Below, piece by piece: positions 40,809-53,100 of a stretch of DNA of 64,000 bases. The notes under the pieces were generated by a model. That model made no database searches and was not told the origin of the DNA. It was given only the letters and a program-made list of their open reading frames with translations. The stretch is from Camelus dromedarius. Lineage: Eukaryota. Both the position numbers and the translations under genes were made by a program. The first letter of the stretch is position 1. Each line of letters begins with the position of its first letter. The stretch is from positions 26,104,001 to 26,168,000 of the forward strand of contig NC_087437.1 in assembly GCF_036321535.1 (NCBI RefSeq), in the 5' to 3' direction.

Positions 40809-41106
40809 AAGGGGTGAAGGGTACAGGACACTGGACTAGGAGGGAGACCCCCATTCTCTTTTTTTCTGAAATATAATTGCTGTACAATATAAGTTACCTA
40901 TGTACAATATAAGGATCCACAATTTTTAAAGGTTATACTCCATTTATAGTTATTACAAAGTATTGGCTACCTTCCCCATGTTGTACAGTATATCCTTGTA
41001 GCTTATTTTATTCCTAATAGTTTGTACCTCTTATCCCCCTACCTCTACATTGTCCCTCCCCTCCCAGACCCCAGTTCCTTTTTTTTTTTTCTTTTCTTCT
41101 TTTCCA

Positions 41107-41140
<34 letters not shown>

Positions 41141-44100
41141 GGTACAAACCCTTGTGTCAAAGGCTGACTTTCAATAGATCACAGCAAGGGAGCTACTCTG
41201 CTATATAAGAAACCCCGACCCAGAAGCAGGTCATCTACAAATGGTTTACGGTTTAGCACCAGATTCCCACCAACTTGAGGTGCAGCCCCTTTTCCCACCC
41301 ACGCTGGGTCTGAGACCCCAGTTCTTAATTTAGCTCAGCCATCTTCTAGATGTGTGACTAAAGAAAGTCACAGGAGCATGGGCTTTGGAACTAAGTAGCC
41401 ATGGATCGATCCCAGTTCTACCATTTTAGTCTTTCTTTGACTTACAGCAATTATCTGAATTTCTAGTAGTCTTAGTTTTCTATCTGGAAAATGTAGTTAA
41501 TCACACCCATCTCATAGGTTTGCTGAAAGGATTAAATAAGATAAAGCCTCTAAGGCTCTCACAGAATGAAGCTATTTTTATTAGGTAGAAAGTGAGGTGA
41601 CTGCACTAGAAGGTTTTTGAGGTCTTCTTTTTTATGAAAATACAATTATAAGAACATTTAATTATTTATTTAGTGGCAATTCTGGCTTTTGACGACTTTC
41701 AGCAAATTTTAAGGTGAGAGACCCCCTCCTTTACAGAATCTGTTTTCCATTGAGACACAACCCAACCTAGCCCAAGGATCACATGGCAAAAATGTTTCCA
41801 GACCTATCAGAGCCTCACTCTGAAAGAGCAGGAGGTAAAACATAAGGCAAAACCCACCAAGTGTTCGCTTCCAATTGCTGTACTGGAGCGTTCTGGCCAT
41901 TCCTAGATTTATACCAGCTGTGTCTAAGGAAACAGCAATTTGATTGGAGCATGGAGGGGGCTCAGAGACACAGAACTAGCCTAGATAAGCTCTCATTAAA
42001 TTGGGGCAGCGTCCCAAAGTGTGTTCTTACAAGAATTAATGGGAAAAAATTTATAGGCACCAATGAGATTGGAAAACTCTGCATATTACCAAATATAAGG
42101 CAAAACGCAATATAAAACCACCTATAATTTTTCTCATAAAGAAGTTCCAAAAAGTTCTTTGACTAACATTAATAATGTATAAACTTTCAGCGCCACACAC
42201 GTATTTTAAATCACATGTACAAAGTATAAACTAATTCTAATGTATTGATTTTGATATATTACTCTTCTCCATTCATTTATTTTAAAATGTCTTCATGCTT
42301 CTTTGGCATCGATGTCTTTGCTCCCACTAAAGGCACCTTTGGAGCCATCAGAAGTTTCCCATAGCACATTTTCTCTCCTCTTCCATTTCATGACACTTTG
42401 GTATCCATGTATGATGCTGTCAGTGGCAAGTTCACTCTTTGTCATAAATATCAATTCACAGAGGACAAAGACAGCATTCCAGCATTCCTCTCGCAGGTAT
42501 GTATTAATGATCCCCACAATTGTAAACACTAAGCATGCTCACATTAGAATACCTGTTAAAAGGCTTGTTAACTGTAATATCCAGAACTAGAAATAGTGAG
42601 GACAACTTTCCTAGAATAATTAACAGATCTGTGTTAAGAAAGAAATTTTTAGACAATTCTGTCATCCAACAGTAATGGGGTTGTTTCTGACTAATGTCTT
42701 TACCACACAATACTTGGTTGTTCAAATTGCAGGAAATGCCCTATTGCCTGAGAGGTGGAATCAGGACACAATTCTAAGGCAATTCCCTCACATCTGAAGC
42801 ATAATTTGTGGGCTAATAATTTTCCTTACATTCCAGCATACATAGTATGTCCACTTCTTGGCGCTTCACACGTGCTGGCCTATCACGAAGATTCTTAGAA
42901 GCGCAACAGGGATGAGACCTATTTAACTGTATATAATCAGCAATTTCCAAAGTTATTAACAAAACATCCTTTGGACAAGAGACTGCCTGTTCTAATACGA
43001 TAAGCTGACCAAGATTTTCATTTACTTCTGACCTAGATTATATTCACAAATGTTCTTGATGGTGAGAATACATTTAGGGTAACTTCAACATAAAAATTAA
43101 AGAGAAAAATCTAAATAAGGTGTAATATGAAACCCTAGTCATTGAAAACACCCTATAAGTAGTTATCCAGTGCCTTTGATAAGCTAGGAAAAAAAAAAAA
43201 AAAGTTTGGTTGGTGGTAGGGGTGGAGCAATGTCCTAACCATCTTCAGATAGCCCACTGCTCATGGCTTCAAAGGTTTGTCCTCTGGGTGAGGAAGACAG
43301 ACATAAACAGCGAGGCAATAGCATGTTGCAGGTACTGTGCTGTGATAGAGTCCCAGAGTCCTGGGGCTGGGAGGTACGGGGGAGGGGATGGTGGGTTCTC
43401 CGTGGGAAGTCAGACACGGCCCAGGGAGCCAGAGATGAGCCTTGGAAAGTTGCATCAAAAATACTTACATATGATATGAAGATGAATCCTGGCTAAGCGG
43501 GAACTCCATTAGCACACAGACTCCAGTTGTCTGGGTGCAATTAAGTCCTCTCCACCATCAAACCCACTCCCCAAGTATGTACTGTGATTAGATTGATAGT
43601 ATACAGGGACGGGGAAATGGGAAGTACCTGACATTTAACTTAGGTTATCACATCTAATTCTCCCAGCTGATCTTGTAGGTAGGCTTTATTGTACCCATAA
43701 TATAGATGAAAATACTAAGACCCCCGAAGATACATCCACTATGCAGAGTCACCACACCAAGAAAAGTACCAAGGCTGAGATTTGAGCCTGGGTCTGCTGA
43801 CTTTTAAACTCTTGTGCTTTGCACTGTACCTTTTTGTCACCAAAGCAATAGAGGCGGTCATTTTCCACCTCTATTTCCAAAATTGTCAATGTTTCCACAC
43901 TACTTTCTAATTCCTGTTTAGAATAGACATTGCATCTCTAGACCTCATTTTTTTCATCTCTAACAAAGAGCTAGCCTGGGCCCCAGGACTGTTTCTGCCT
44001 TTTATATTCTATATTCTATCTTGATTTTATAATTAAAAAAAAGAAAGATGTCAATACAATCTATTTTTCACGAATTAATCTCTGTCGTATAAAAATATTT

Positions 44101-47100
44101 AAAAGAACCAGAATTGTTGGGCTGATATAACCCAAAGAAGAGAAGACTTTCTGAGGGTGGAAGGGGTGGAAAGATGTAAAATGGAAACTATTTTTGTGTA
44201 AGAAAGATGTGAAATATCTTCAGATATTTTAAAGGTTGCTACATCATGGAAGAGAGGTCGGACTTAATTTTTTTGAACTCAAGGAATGTAACTAGGACTG
44301 ATGAGGAGAAGTTCCAGACTTTTACCCTTTCTCATAAGAGAACCTTCCTGCCACAGGAGGCCCCACCGTGACATAGTCTCAGTCAGATGACTGGACCAGA
44401 AACCTTAAGATCACTTCCCATTCTAAGAGTTTGATTCTATAATAGACTGGCCTTCCACATGAGCCCTGTGAAGGAGAGTCTATTGTTAATAAGATTAAAA
44501 ACCATAGCTCAAATGTATCAAATCATAATTAACATTTGAGTCATCAATGAATAGCTGAAAAAGATATGGGGATGGGGGTGAAAAGAGGGACATGAGACTC
44601 CAAAATTCATTCTAGGAGACCCCAAGGGCCCCATTTCCAGTAAAGGTGGGCTCCTACCCCATAACTTCCCTGCAGTCGCCACGCTCAACAACAGGCTGGT
44701 TAGGTGTGCTGAGTGTCACCTCTGGACCCCTTAAGAACCTGGCCATCTCTCTCCTTCTCTTCCAGATGTTTACCTCCACAATCTTTGCTGTGGTCGGATT
44801 CTTGGGTGCCGGATACTCATTTGTCGTCTCAGCTGTCTCAATCAACAAGGGTCCTAAATGTCTCCTGGCCAACAACACCTGGGGCTACCCCTTCCTGGAA
44901 GGGTAAGGTACACCCTGCTGTGCCCACGTATCACCACAGGGGGCACTGGCAGGTAAAGGACCCGAGGGGGACACTGCGCATGTCCCGCCATCTTCAGTTT
45001 ACACGTCTCAGGCATGATGCTCCTTTGAGGCAGAGCTGGAGTTGTGGGGTGAGGTTGCACAGGCTCTCACTTCTAAGTGCTCTTTTGACAGGCACCAGGA
45101 GAAATAATGAAAACATTTATTCACAGCAACACGAGGCAACTAATAATACTAGTAAACAGAGAGCAGCGGCTCCCATTGCAAATCTTATCACAGAAAATGA
45201 GAATGATTACTCCTCAACAGAGCTCAAAGGCTTTCACTAACACCCCTAAGGACGGATAACTGAACAATCTTTTAAGGTGCAACTTTATGGAAAATGACCT
45301 TGAAAATATTGTAGGTTCTTCGTGAGAAATAATGTTAATAGAACTCATTAAAATAACACTTCATATTTTCATGGAACATTGTAGTTATAAAGAACTTTTA
45401 AAAAATTATAATTTAATCTCCACAGCAACATCAAGAGGCTGTGACCCCCCACCAAGGCAGACTAAATACTGCGACTTGCTCAAAGTCGCCCAGTTAGTGG
45501 GGCGGGGGAGTGGGCAGAGCCGGGGCTCAAACTCATGTCTTCTAACTTAGTCTTACTCTTTTTCTAGTGCTCATTCTTCTGCCCCCAGACTGACGGCACC
45601 GCCCAATGCAGTAGACCATTGCCATACGTGGTGACTTAAATTCATTTAAACAAAATTAAGCTTAAAATTCCTCACTCACACTAGCCACATTTCACGCACT
45701 CAGCAGCCGTACACGGCTATGCGTGAGTGCACTGACCATCACGGAGACAGGACGTGTCGATCACAGCGGACAGTCTACTAGGCAGGACTGCACTAGACTC
45801 GAACTTCCAGGAGGGCTGAGACCATCTCTATTTGGCTCACCACTGCAGACCCTCTGCCTGACCCAGACAGAGGGTCTGACATACCTAAGCAGCCAGGAAC
45901 TCTGATTATCGGGTCCTCCCACACACAGGTGGGTCCACGCCCCAAAACTCTACAGGACACCAGTTCATTAAGTCAAACCTCTGTTTATTAGTGCATAGTG
46001 AGGGTCTATAGGACCTCAGGAGCAGGCTTCTTACAGAGGAGGTGAAGGATGCTGTTTCTGTTATGACGTGACGTCTGGGCTTTTTCACAAGTGTCTCACG
46101 TGAATGATCATCCTCACCCTTCTCTGTACTTAAACGGGAGTACCAGGCCTCTGGTAGCCTCGTATCGCACACAGCGACTCCCGTGGGTGTTTATTTTATG
46201 TGGAAAGCCCTCTCTTCTTACGGAGGACTGTCGGGGCCTCACTGCCGTGGGGCTGGCTTGCTTGAGCGTGGCATTCGGACGGCGTATGGCTGAGCCATCC
46301 CCTGGGCCCTCCCCCGATAGCCCCGTTCCCTCACCCAGGGCTGTGTCTATGAGGCTACAGCACGGCTTCTTGGAGGGACCTTTCTCCTAGCATTTCCATC
46401 AACAGCATCAGGACAGTATTCAACACGCTTTCTATTTATTCTGTAATGTGAATGCTACTACCCTTGATGAGCTTAAAATCAATCAGAATAAATCTATGTC
46501 CAAAACCAAGGAGAAAGGAAGAAACACAAGAGGTGCCAAGTAACAAGGCACTGGTCTCATATTCTGACGCGAGGGCCTCACACCCGCCCTGGCACACTCA
46601 CACCTGCTTAGGTGGGCTGGGACCAATGTCCCAGGTGGGGACAGTGACAGCTGGGCTGTGGGCCACCACGGGAGATGCCTGCCTGGCCGAGAGACAAGAC
46701 ACTGCTTTTCAAAGTCCTCTGTGTCTGTCTTCCTGCTAAAGCAAGTTCGCATCCACGCCAGACCCAGCTATCGCCCATTTCTCTGTGACAGATGCTTTCA
46801 TATGTGTTGTTTCATCTGCTCCTCACAACAGCCACTAACCCATCCATTAACAGGTATCAGATAAGACAGGTTTAATAACAAAACCAGAATAAACTGTGCA
46901 GGCCAGCAGGAACATTTCAGAATTCTCCACCCCTCCTCTGTTCACCTTACAGCTTTGATCACTATCTGAAGGGAAAAATGTTTGACTACCTAGACATCGG
47001 CATAGTGGCTTTAAATTATGATATGATCAAAAACGGCTGCATAGGGGCTTATTACAAAATCATATATATTACACTTTCCAGGTGATTTATGAGATAAGGA

Positions 47101-50100
47101 TGACTTTGACTATTCATGTGCTTTCCCATGTTGCCCTGACTCTCGGATTTAATCCCATGTAAAGTGCAAGTCCGCTCTCGGGTGGAATGTGTCACTGTTG
47201 CTGCAGGCAGGGCTTTCAGGGGGATGGGTCCAGATGGAGTGTCTCACCACACCCTCTGCCACCTGGCAGGCTGTCCTCAGCATCCCATGGCCTCCTGCAT
47301 CCTGTGTCCTATCTTCCTTTACGACCTCACCTCCCCTGCCAGCTCCAAACCTCCCCTCGGACTGCAGAAACTCATCCTGAGTTTCTTATAATGATGCCTG
47401 AACCTTGTGTCACTTGGTGTCCTCAGTTAACAAGGTGCTTTCACCCACAATGCTTTATTTGATTCTCAGAAAAAGCACATGAGGTTATCAACCATCCTTC
47501 AGAGGTAAGACGGCCAAGGCCCAGAGAGGACAAGGGGCTTGCCCAGAGGAATACTGCTCTTCATGATGGAAGCTTGAATCTACGTCTTCTGACCCTAAGT
47601 CACAGTGCTTTTTCTAGAACGCAACTTATATTGATTTGCACTGTCTGATTTTGGGAGAGTCTGTCTAGAAGGGCTCGGGGGCTTCTGTCTCCAGCCACTT
47701 TACTTTCCCATGGGCTCTTCCTAGCCATCGGATCCCAGCGTGCAAGCATCACAGGAGTTGTAGCCGCTGGTGTAACACACATACACAGCCACTTAGCGAG
47801 TGGAAAGGAATAATCACCTGTATGAGCCCAAAGGAGAGGACTCAGGATAGTCTCCCTCATCACCAAGCGGCAGCAGCAGCCTCTTCCCCCCCTTCTTCTC
47901 CTCTTCTTCCTTTTTTCCCCGCTTCCTCCTTCTGAAGACTAAGGGCTAAGTGTTTTTGCATGCGTTATCTCACTTAAGATTCCTACTAAATCTCAGAAGA
48001 AATCTTATCCCTAAAGTAGAAAAATAAAGTTCACAAGGTGAACTCGCCCAGGGCTCCACAGCTAGTAATTAGCAGGAGAATTTAGAAGAGGGAAGCACTT
48101 GCGGGTGCCCTACTTGGTGCAGAGGCCTGTCCCAGACATGGGGCCCAGAGGGACAAAGCTGGTCCCTGCCCCCGTGAGCACAGGCTGAGTTAGGGGCACA
48201 ACATGGGACAGGCCCTCGCTTGCAGGAAGGGTGATGTGGAGGTGTGCGAGGGAAGCCTCTCCAAGGAGGTGACCTGGGCTGGTTTGGGAAGTTGTGCAGA
48301 AGAGTGGCTTCCAGAGAGGAGCGGAAGCATGTTTTGGGCAGAGAGAGAAGCCAGTCCTGAGGCAACCACAAAAAGACCCACGTGCTCAGAGAATGACAGT
48401 TCTCTGTGTGGCCAGGAGCTCAGGGTGAATGCTGGGGGGAAGAGCAGAGGGACCGCCCCCCAGGATGGGGGTGATTGAGAGGCAGGCCGGACCTTCAGGA
48501 CATCGGGGAGCAGTGGAGGACTTCAAGCAGGACAAACCATGACCACTTGAGAGTTTAGGACAATCGTTTGGGAAGCGACGTGCAGGATGAACAGAAGAGC
48601 TTGGTAGCTGAAAGCGAGAGCCAAGTAGAGGTGGGAGCAGCCAAACAGCTGAGACCCTGAGCATCTCCAGGGCAGGGGGATGGGGCCTCAAAGGAAGGAG
48701 AGAAATTTCAGAGGCGGTCTAAGATGGAACCATCAGTGAGAAGAAAGAGGGAAGTTTATCAAGGTGGACTCAGGTTTCCGGCTTGGGGCACAATGTTCAG
48801 GGCCCTTCAGTGCCATAGAATTCAGTGCTTTTTTCTTTCAAATGTTTGTTAGCAATCATATTAAAGGAACAAAGGCAGTTAACTTTTTCTGTCATGAGAA
48901 CCATACTAAAGAAGCATTCTAGAAGGAAAAAGAAACCTAGGACATTTTGAAATACGCCCTCTTGGCTTCCTTTGAAGTAGGACCTCCTCCCATCCAAGGT
49001 CTTCCTTTGAGACAGTTGGCCACCTCTCCCTTGACCCCGAGCTGCTGAAAGGGAAGCAGCTTGCCCAGGGCATGGGGACAGCTGTGGGAGGGAGCGCCGA
49101 AGGCCAGGCCAAGGGCAAGCAGCCCTGGGGGAGGGACCGGGGACTCAGCCAAGCACAGCGCCCGTTCAACCCATCCTGCTCCCTGGGGAGGGAGTTCAGT
49201 GGTGAGGAGCATGCTCTCCCACCAAGCGCAGAACTGATCCGTCTCGGTGTTCTGCCTGCACTTCCAGTTAAGACCATCTGCAGCGGCCCTTCAAGGACTA
49301 CTTATTAGCAAGGAACCTCACACTCTGCTGTGACACAGCTAGCCCAGCACCTGACACGTCGGTGTGACCCTGTACAGGAAAGCCGCTTATTTGTTGAGCC
49401 CTCCCTGTGCTGGGACTGGGGACAGAGATAGGAGACATGGTCTCCACCCCTGTGGATGTACAGTTGCAAAGAGAAGACAGACACATGGGCAGCTGAGGGC
49501 AGCTCAGGGTCCTGGGTGCTCTGAACCAGAGGGAACCCAGAGGGCCGGGAAGCAAGGAGGGGACCAAAGACAGCTGAGGGCAGGAAGAGCATTGAGGAGT
49601 CTGCCTGAATTATCCAGGCAAAGTGATCAGGCTCTCCTGTCCCTTCCTTCGGCTGCCTTTGTGGCTGGCAAGAAGTGAGCTGTATGAAATCCATGGCGTT
49701 CTACTCTGAGGCTGATGGAGTTACCGCAGCTCAGGTGGGAATGCCCTTCACAGTGATGGGACTGAGCCGACTTCACCCAACTCAAGCCTTGCTTCCCCGT
49801 TCCGAGGTGAGCGTTTCACCAACCTCACCACCAGGAGGCGCTGTCACCCCACTACTGGACAAACTTCAGAGGAGGGAATGAACTCAGGATGGCCAATTAT
49901 TTCATCTTAGGATCTTTTCTTTAACAAATGTGCCTGGAAAATAGTGTCTTCTTATATCCTCTTATCACCAAGTTTAAAAATTGTAAAGATAGAAAGGACT
50001 ACATGGAAAAAGGCAGAACAGAAAGATGATCGTTTAAAAAATAATACACACTGAAAAGATGTCTCATACAGCAATATATAAGGTATTAATATTAATTATC

Positions 50101-53100
50101 CCAGTGAATTCTCACAATTGTGTGGTTGTTCTCAGCCCATTTTATAGATGAAGAAACGTGCGAAGGCCAGGGGTGGGAGTGGTAGGTGACTTGCATGAAG
50201 AATGCACAGCCAGTCAGAGGGATGCTTGGATTCAAATCCAAGTCCATCTGAATCCAAAGAAACAGTTTTCCTTTAGACCAGACTGCTCAGATTAAGTAAA
50301 GTAATGACATACTAGGGCTTACTGAGCCCTTACTCTATGCTAGGCACTGTCGTAAGCACTTCACTAGTGTTAACGCGTTTCATCCTCCCAAGAGCCCTGT
50401 GATTTGAGAGAGACTGTTACCCCATTTTACAGAGAGGTACCAGTCAGACAGCCTGCAGGCAGCTAGAGCCCCTGTTCTTATGGGAAGGCAAATCAATGCG
50501 ATGGACAATGTTTGTTTTTAAATCAAGAGCAAAAGTCTTGTTCTTTCCTTATCCCTTCTGCTCTGTTAAATTCCAAGGTATCATCCATGACTTCAAAGGG
50601 TTTTCAAAATATTAATACAAGATGTATTTAAAATGAACGTGTCCTGATGCACTGGAGAAATGATCAGAAATAGATTGTCAAAAAGGCCTAAAAATAATAA
50701 GGTGGACGTTAACGCAATAATAGCCAGAGGAAGAGGTTTCCCACTGAGGCCTTGAAAGGGTAGCAGATATGTGAAGCAAGAGGGCGAGACCAATTTGCAG
50801 CTCTAAGAATGTGAGAAGGAATTATACTAATCCAGAGATTTTACCCACTTTACCCTCATTTTTGTCTTAAAGATCACATACTTCACATTTCTCCTGCGAG
50901 GCACAATGCCCCTTACAGTGCAGTGGACTCCTTGTATCTACATATATTTTATAAGCATACTGCAGTTTCTCCTACTGCAATGTTTTTATAAAGTGTGTAT
51001 TAAGGCAGCAGGTTATTGATTGCTTCCTTTTAATTAAATGAATCTTTTTGCAGGTGGAATCCCTGTATGTTAACAAAAACGTTAGCTAAGTCAAATTCAC
51101 AATTTGGCTAGAAATAAGCCTTAAAAAAAATCAAGCTCCAGGGGAGAGGAGCGCAGTGGTAGAGCGCATGCTTAGCACGCACGAGGATCTGGGTTCAGTC
51201 CCCAGGACATCCATTCATAAATAAATAAACCTAATTACCCACCCCCAAAAACAGTCAAGCTCTTCCCTTTAGCTATATGACACATCTGTACTTGACACAG
51301 CTTCAGATGGCCACTAGATGTGACAGATAATTTGTCAGAAATCCACATGGTCCCTAATGATGACAGTAAGATAAAGGCTGTGAACATTTGTGAGGTTCTG
51401 CTCCTGAAGTCTTCATTTTCTTGGCCATTTCATAGGTAATAAATTGACCCATCCTCTGGGTAAGCTCACAGAAAGCACTCTGTAGCTCAGGAGCTGTGTG
51501 ACCTAGCAGTAAGTCACTTCACCTCTCTGTGCCTCAATGTCCTTAATTGTGAAATGGAAAAAAAAGAACCGTAAAGTTTCTATAAGAAATAAATGTTCAG
51601 GACAGGACCTGGCACATAGTATATACTCAATAATTAAGTATCAGGTGTTGCTTTTAGAAGGGTTACTATAGGATTTTTTTTTCTTACGGAGCTTATGTTT
51701 TGGGTGGATAGTATTGCAGAAGGAGAATCATTCCGGTGACTTTTTAGTCTAGGGTATTGCATACTTTTTACTAATGTCTCCTTTCTCTCCCCCATGTCCC
51801 CAACAGGGACTACCTCAATGACAATGAGTTATGGAAAAAGTGCCAGAAGCCTGAAGACGTGATTCCCTGGAATCTGACCCTCTTCTCCATCCTGCTGATC
51901 ATCGGAGTGGTCCAGATGATCATCTGTGCCATCCAGGTGATCAACGGCCTCCTGGGGACCCTGTGTGGAGACTGCCGCTGCTGTGGCTGCTGTAGAGTAA
52001 GCTGAGATCTTTGTCCTTTCTTCTCACCATGCAGGAGGCCAGGTCAGGCCACCAGCACTAATGGGATCTGGGGGTGGAGAGGGCGGCGGCTGCAGAAAAC
52101 CCACGTCAGGCTGGAAAGTCCAGGCAGCCCCTCTCTCAGCCGAGGGACACAGGACCATTGTTCAGCCCTCTGTGCTTGCCAACCTACCCAGGCTGAAGCT
52201 GACCAAAGTTTTCAGTCTTACTGTAGACCAGCTGACCGTAGACCTAGAGGCAAAGGACTCCATACATATATGGAGGTTTATAATGTTGACATGAAGATAC
52301 CCAGGAAGTGGACATCTATTACATGCACATATTGTCAGGATTAACACATCATGGTCTGTCCCCAAATGTCCTGTTTCCTAAAGAGATCTCGACATGGGTT
52401 AAAGCTGTCAAGTAATATAGGAAAGGGTATTTTCTTTTCTCTGGAAAATTTGTTAAGAGAGAAATGGTTCTTACATGGAAAAAATAAAAGGGAATCAGTA
52501 GGAATTTACTCTCCAAATATGACTGTAAATTATCAACAATAAGAAAAATAAAAGTAAACTTAGGGACAGTAAGACAGGGCGATTATTTCAACCAATGAAC
52601 AAGCCAGATCAGGCAATTATTCACACACACAAAGTTATTTTAAAACACAGGTTGATGATGTATGAGGGAAAAAATTAAACAGAACTCAAGAGTTCCTTAA
52701 TTGGGAACTTATGTAAATAACTGTAAGTAAAGGTCTATCTACTGAGTATAATATTATGTCCAAATTTTAAGTGATTCAAATAATTTTCTTTAAATTTCCT
52801 ACAAGTATGATAGGTATACAGGTCAACAGTTATGCTCCAGGGAAGTATTCAGTTGGAAAATCTGTGCCCCGCCTTTGTCTTCCATCCTCCCAATTCTTTC
52901 AGTTCGCCAGCTAAGGCAGTTATATAATTTCTTATATATCCTCCCAGAGTTTCTTTTTATTGTTTTCATTCCCCTACCTTAAAAGGATTTTGTTCAAAAC
53001 TGTAGGAATACTGAAAATGCTTATGAGGTAGTGTTGTTTCAAAAGAGTAAGGTACAAAAATGTATACAGAATATACAGATTAAAAAAAAAAACCACAATG

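Noticed and set aside
41141..41285. Functional rRNA gene
   Set aside because: Only the 3'-terminal fragment is present, mutated, with poly(A) and TSD; it is a retrocopy
44713..45240. 175-aa ORF overlapping exon 3 in another frame
   Set aside because: GTG start, runs through the splice donor into intron, no recognisable protein
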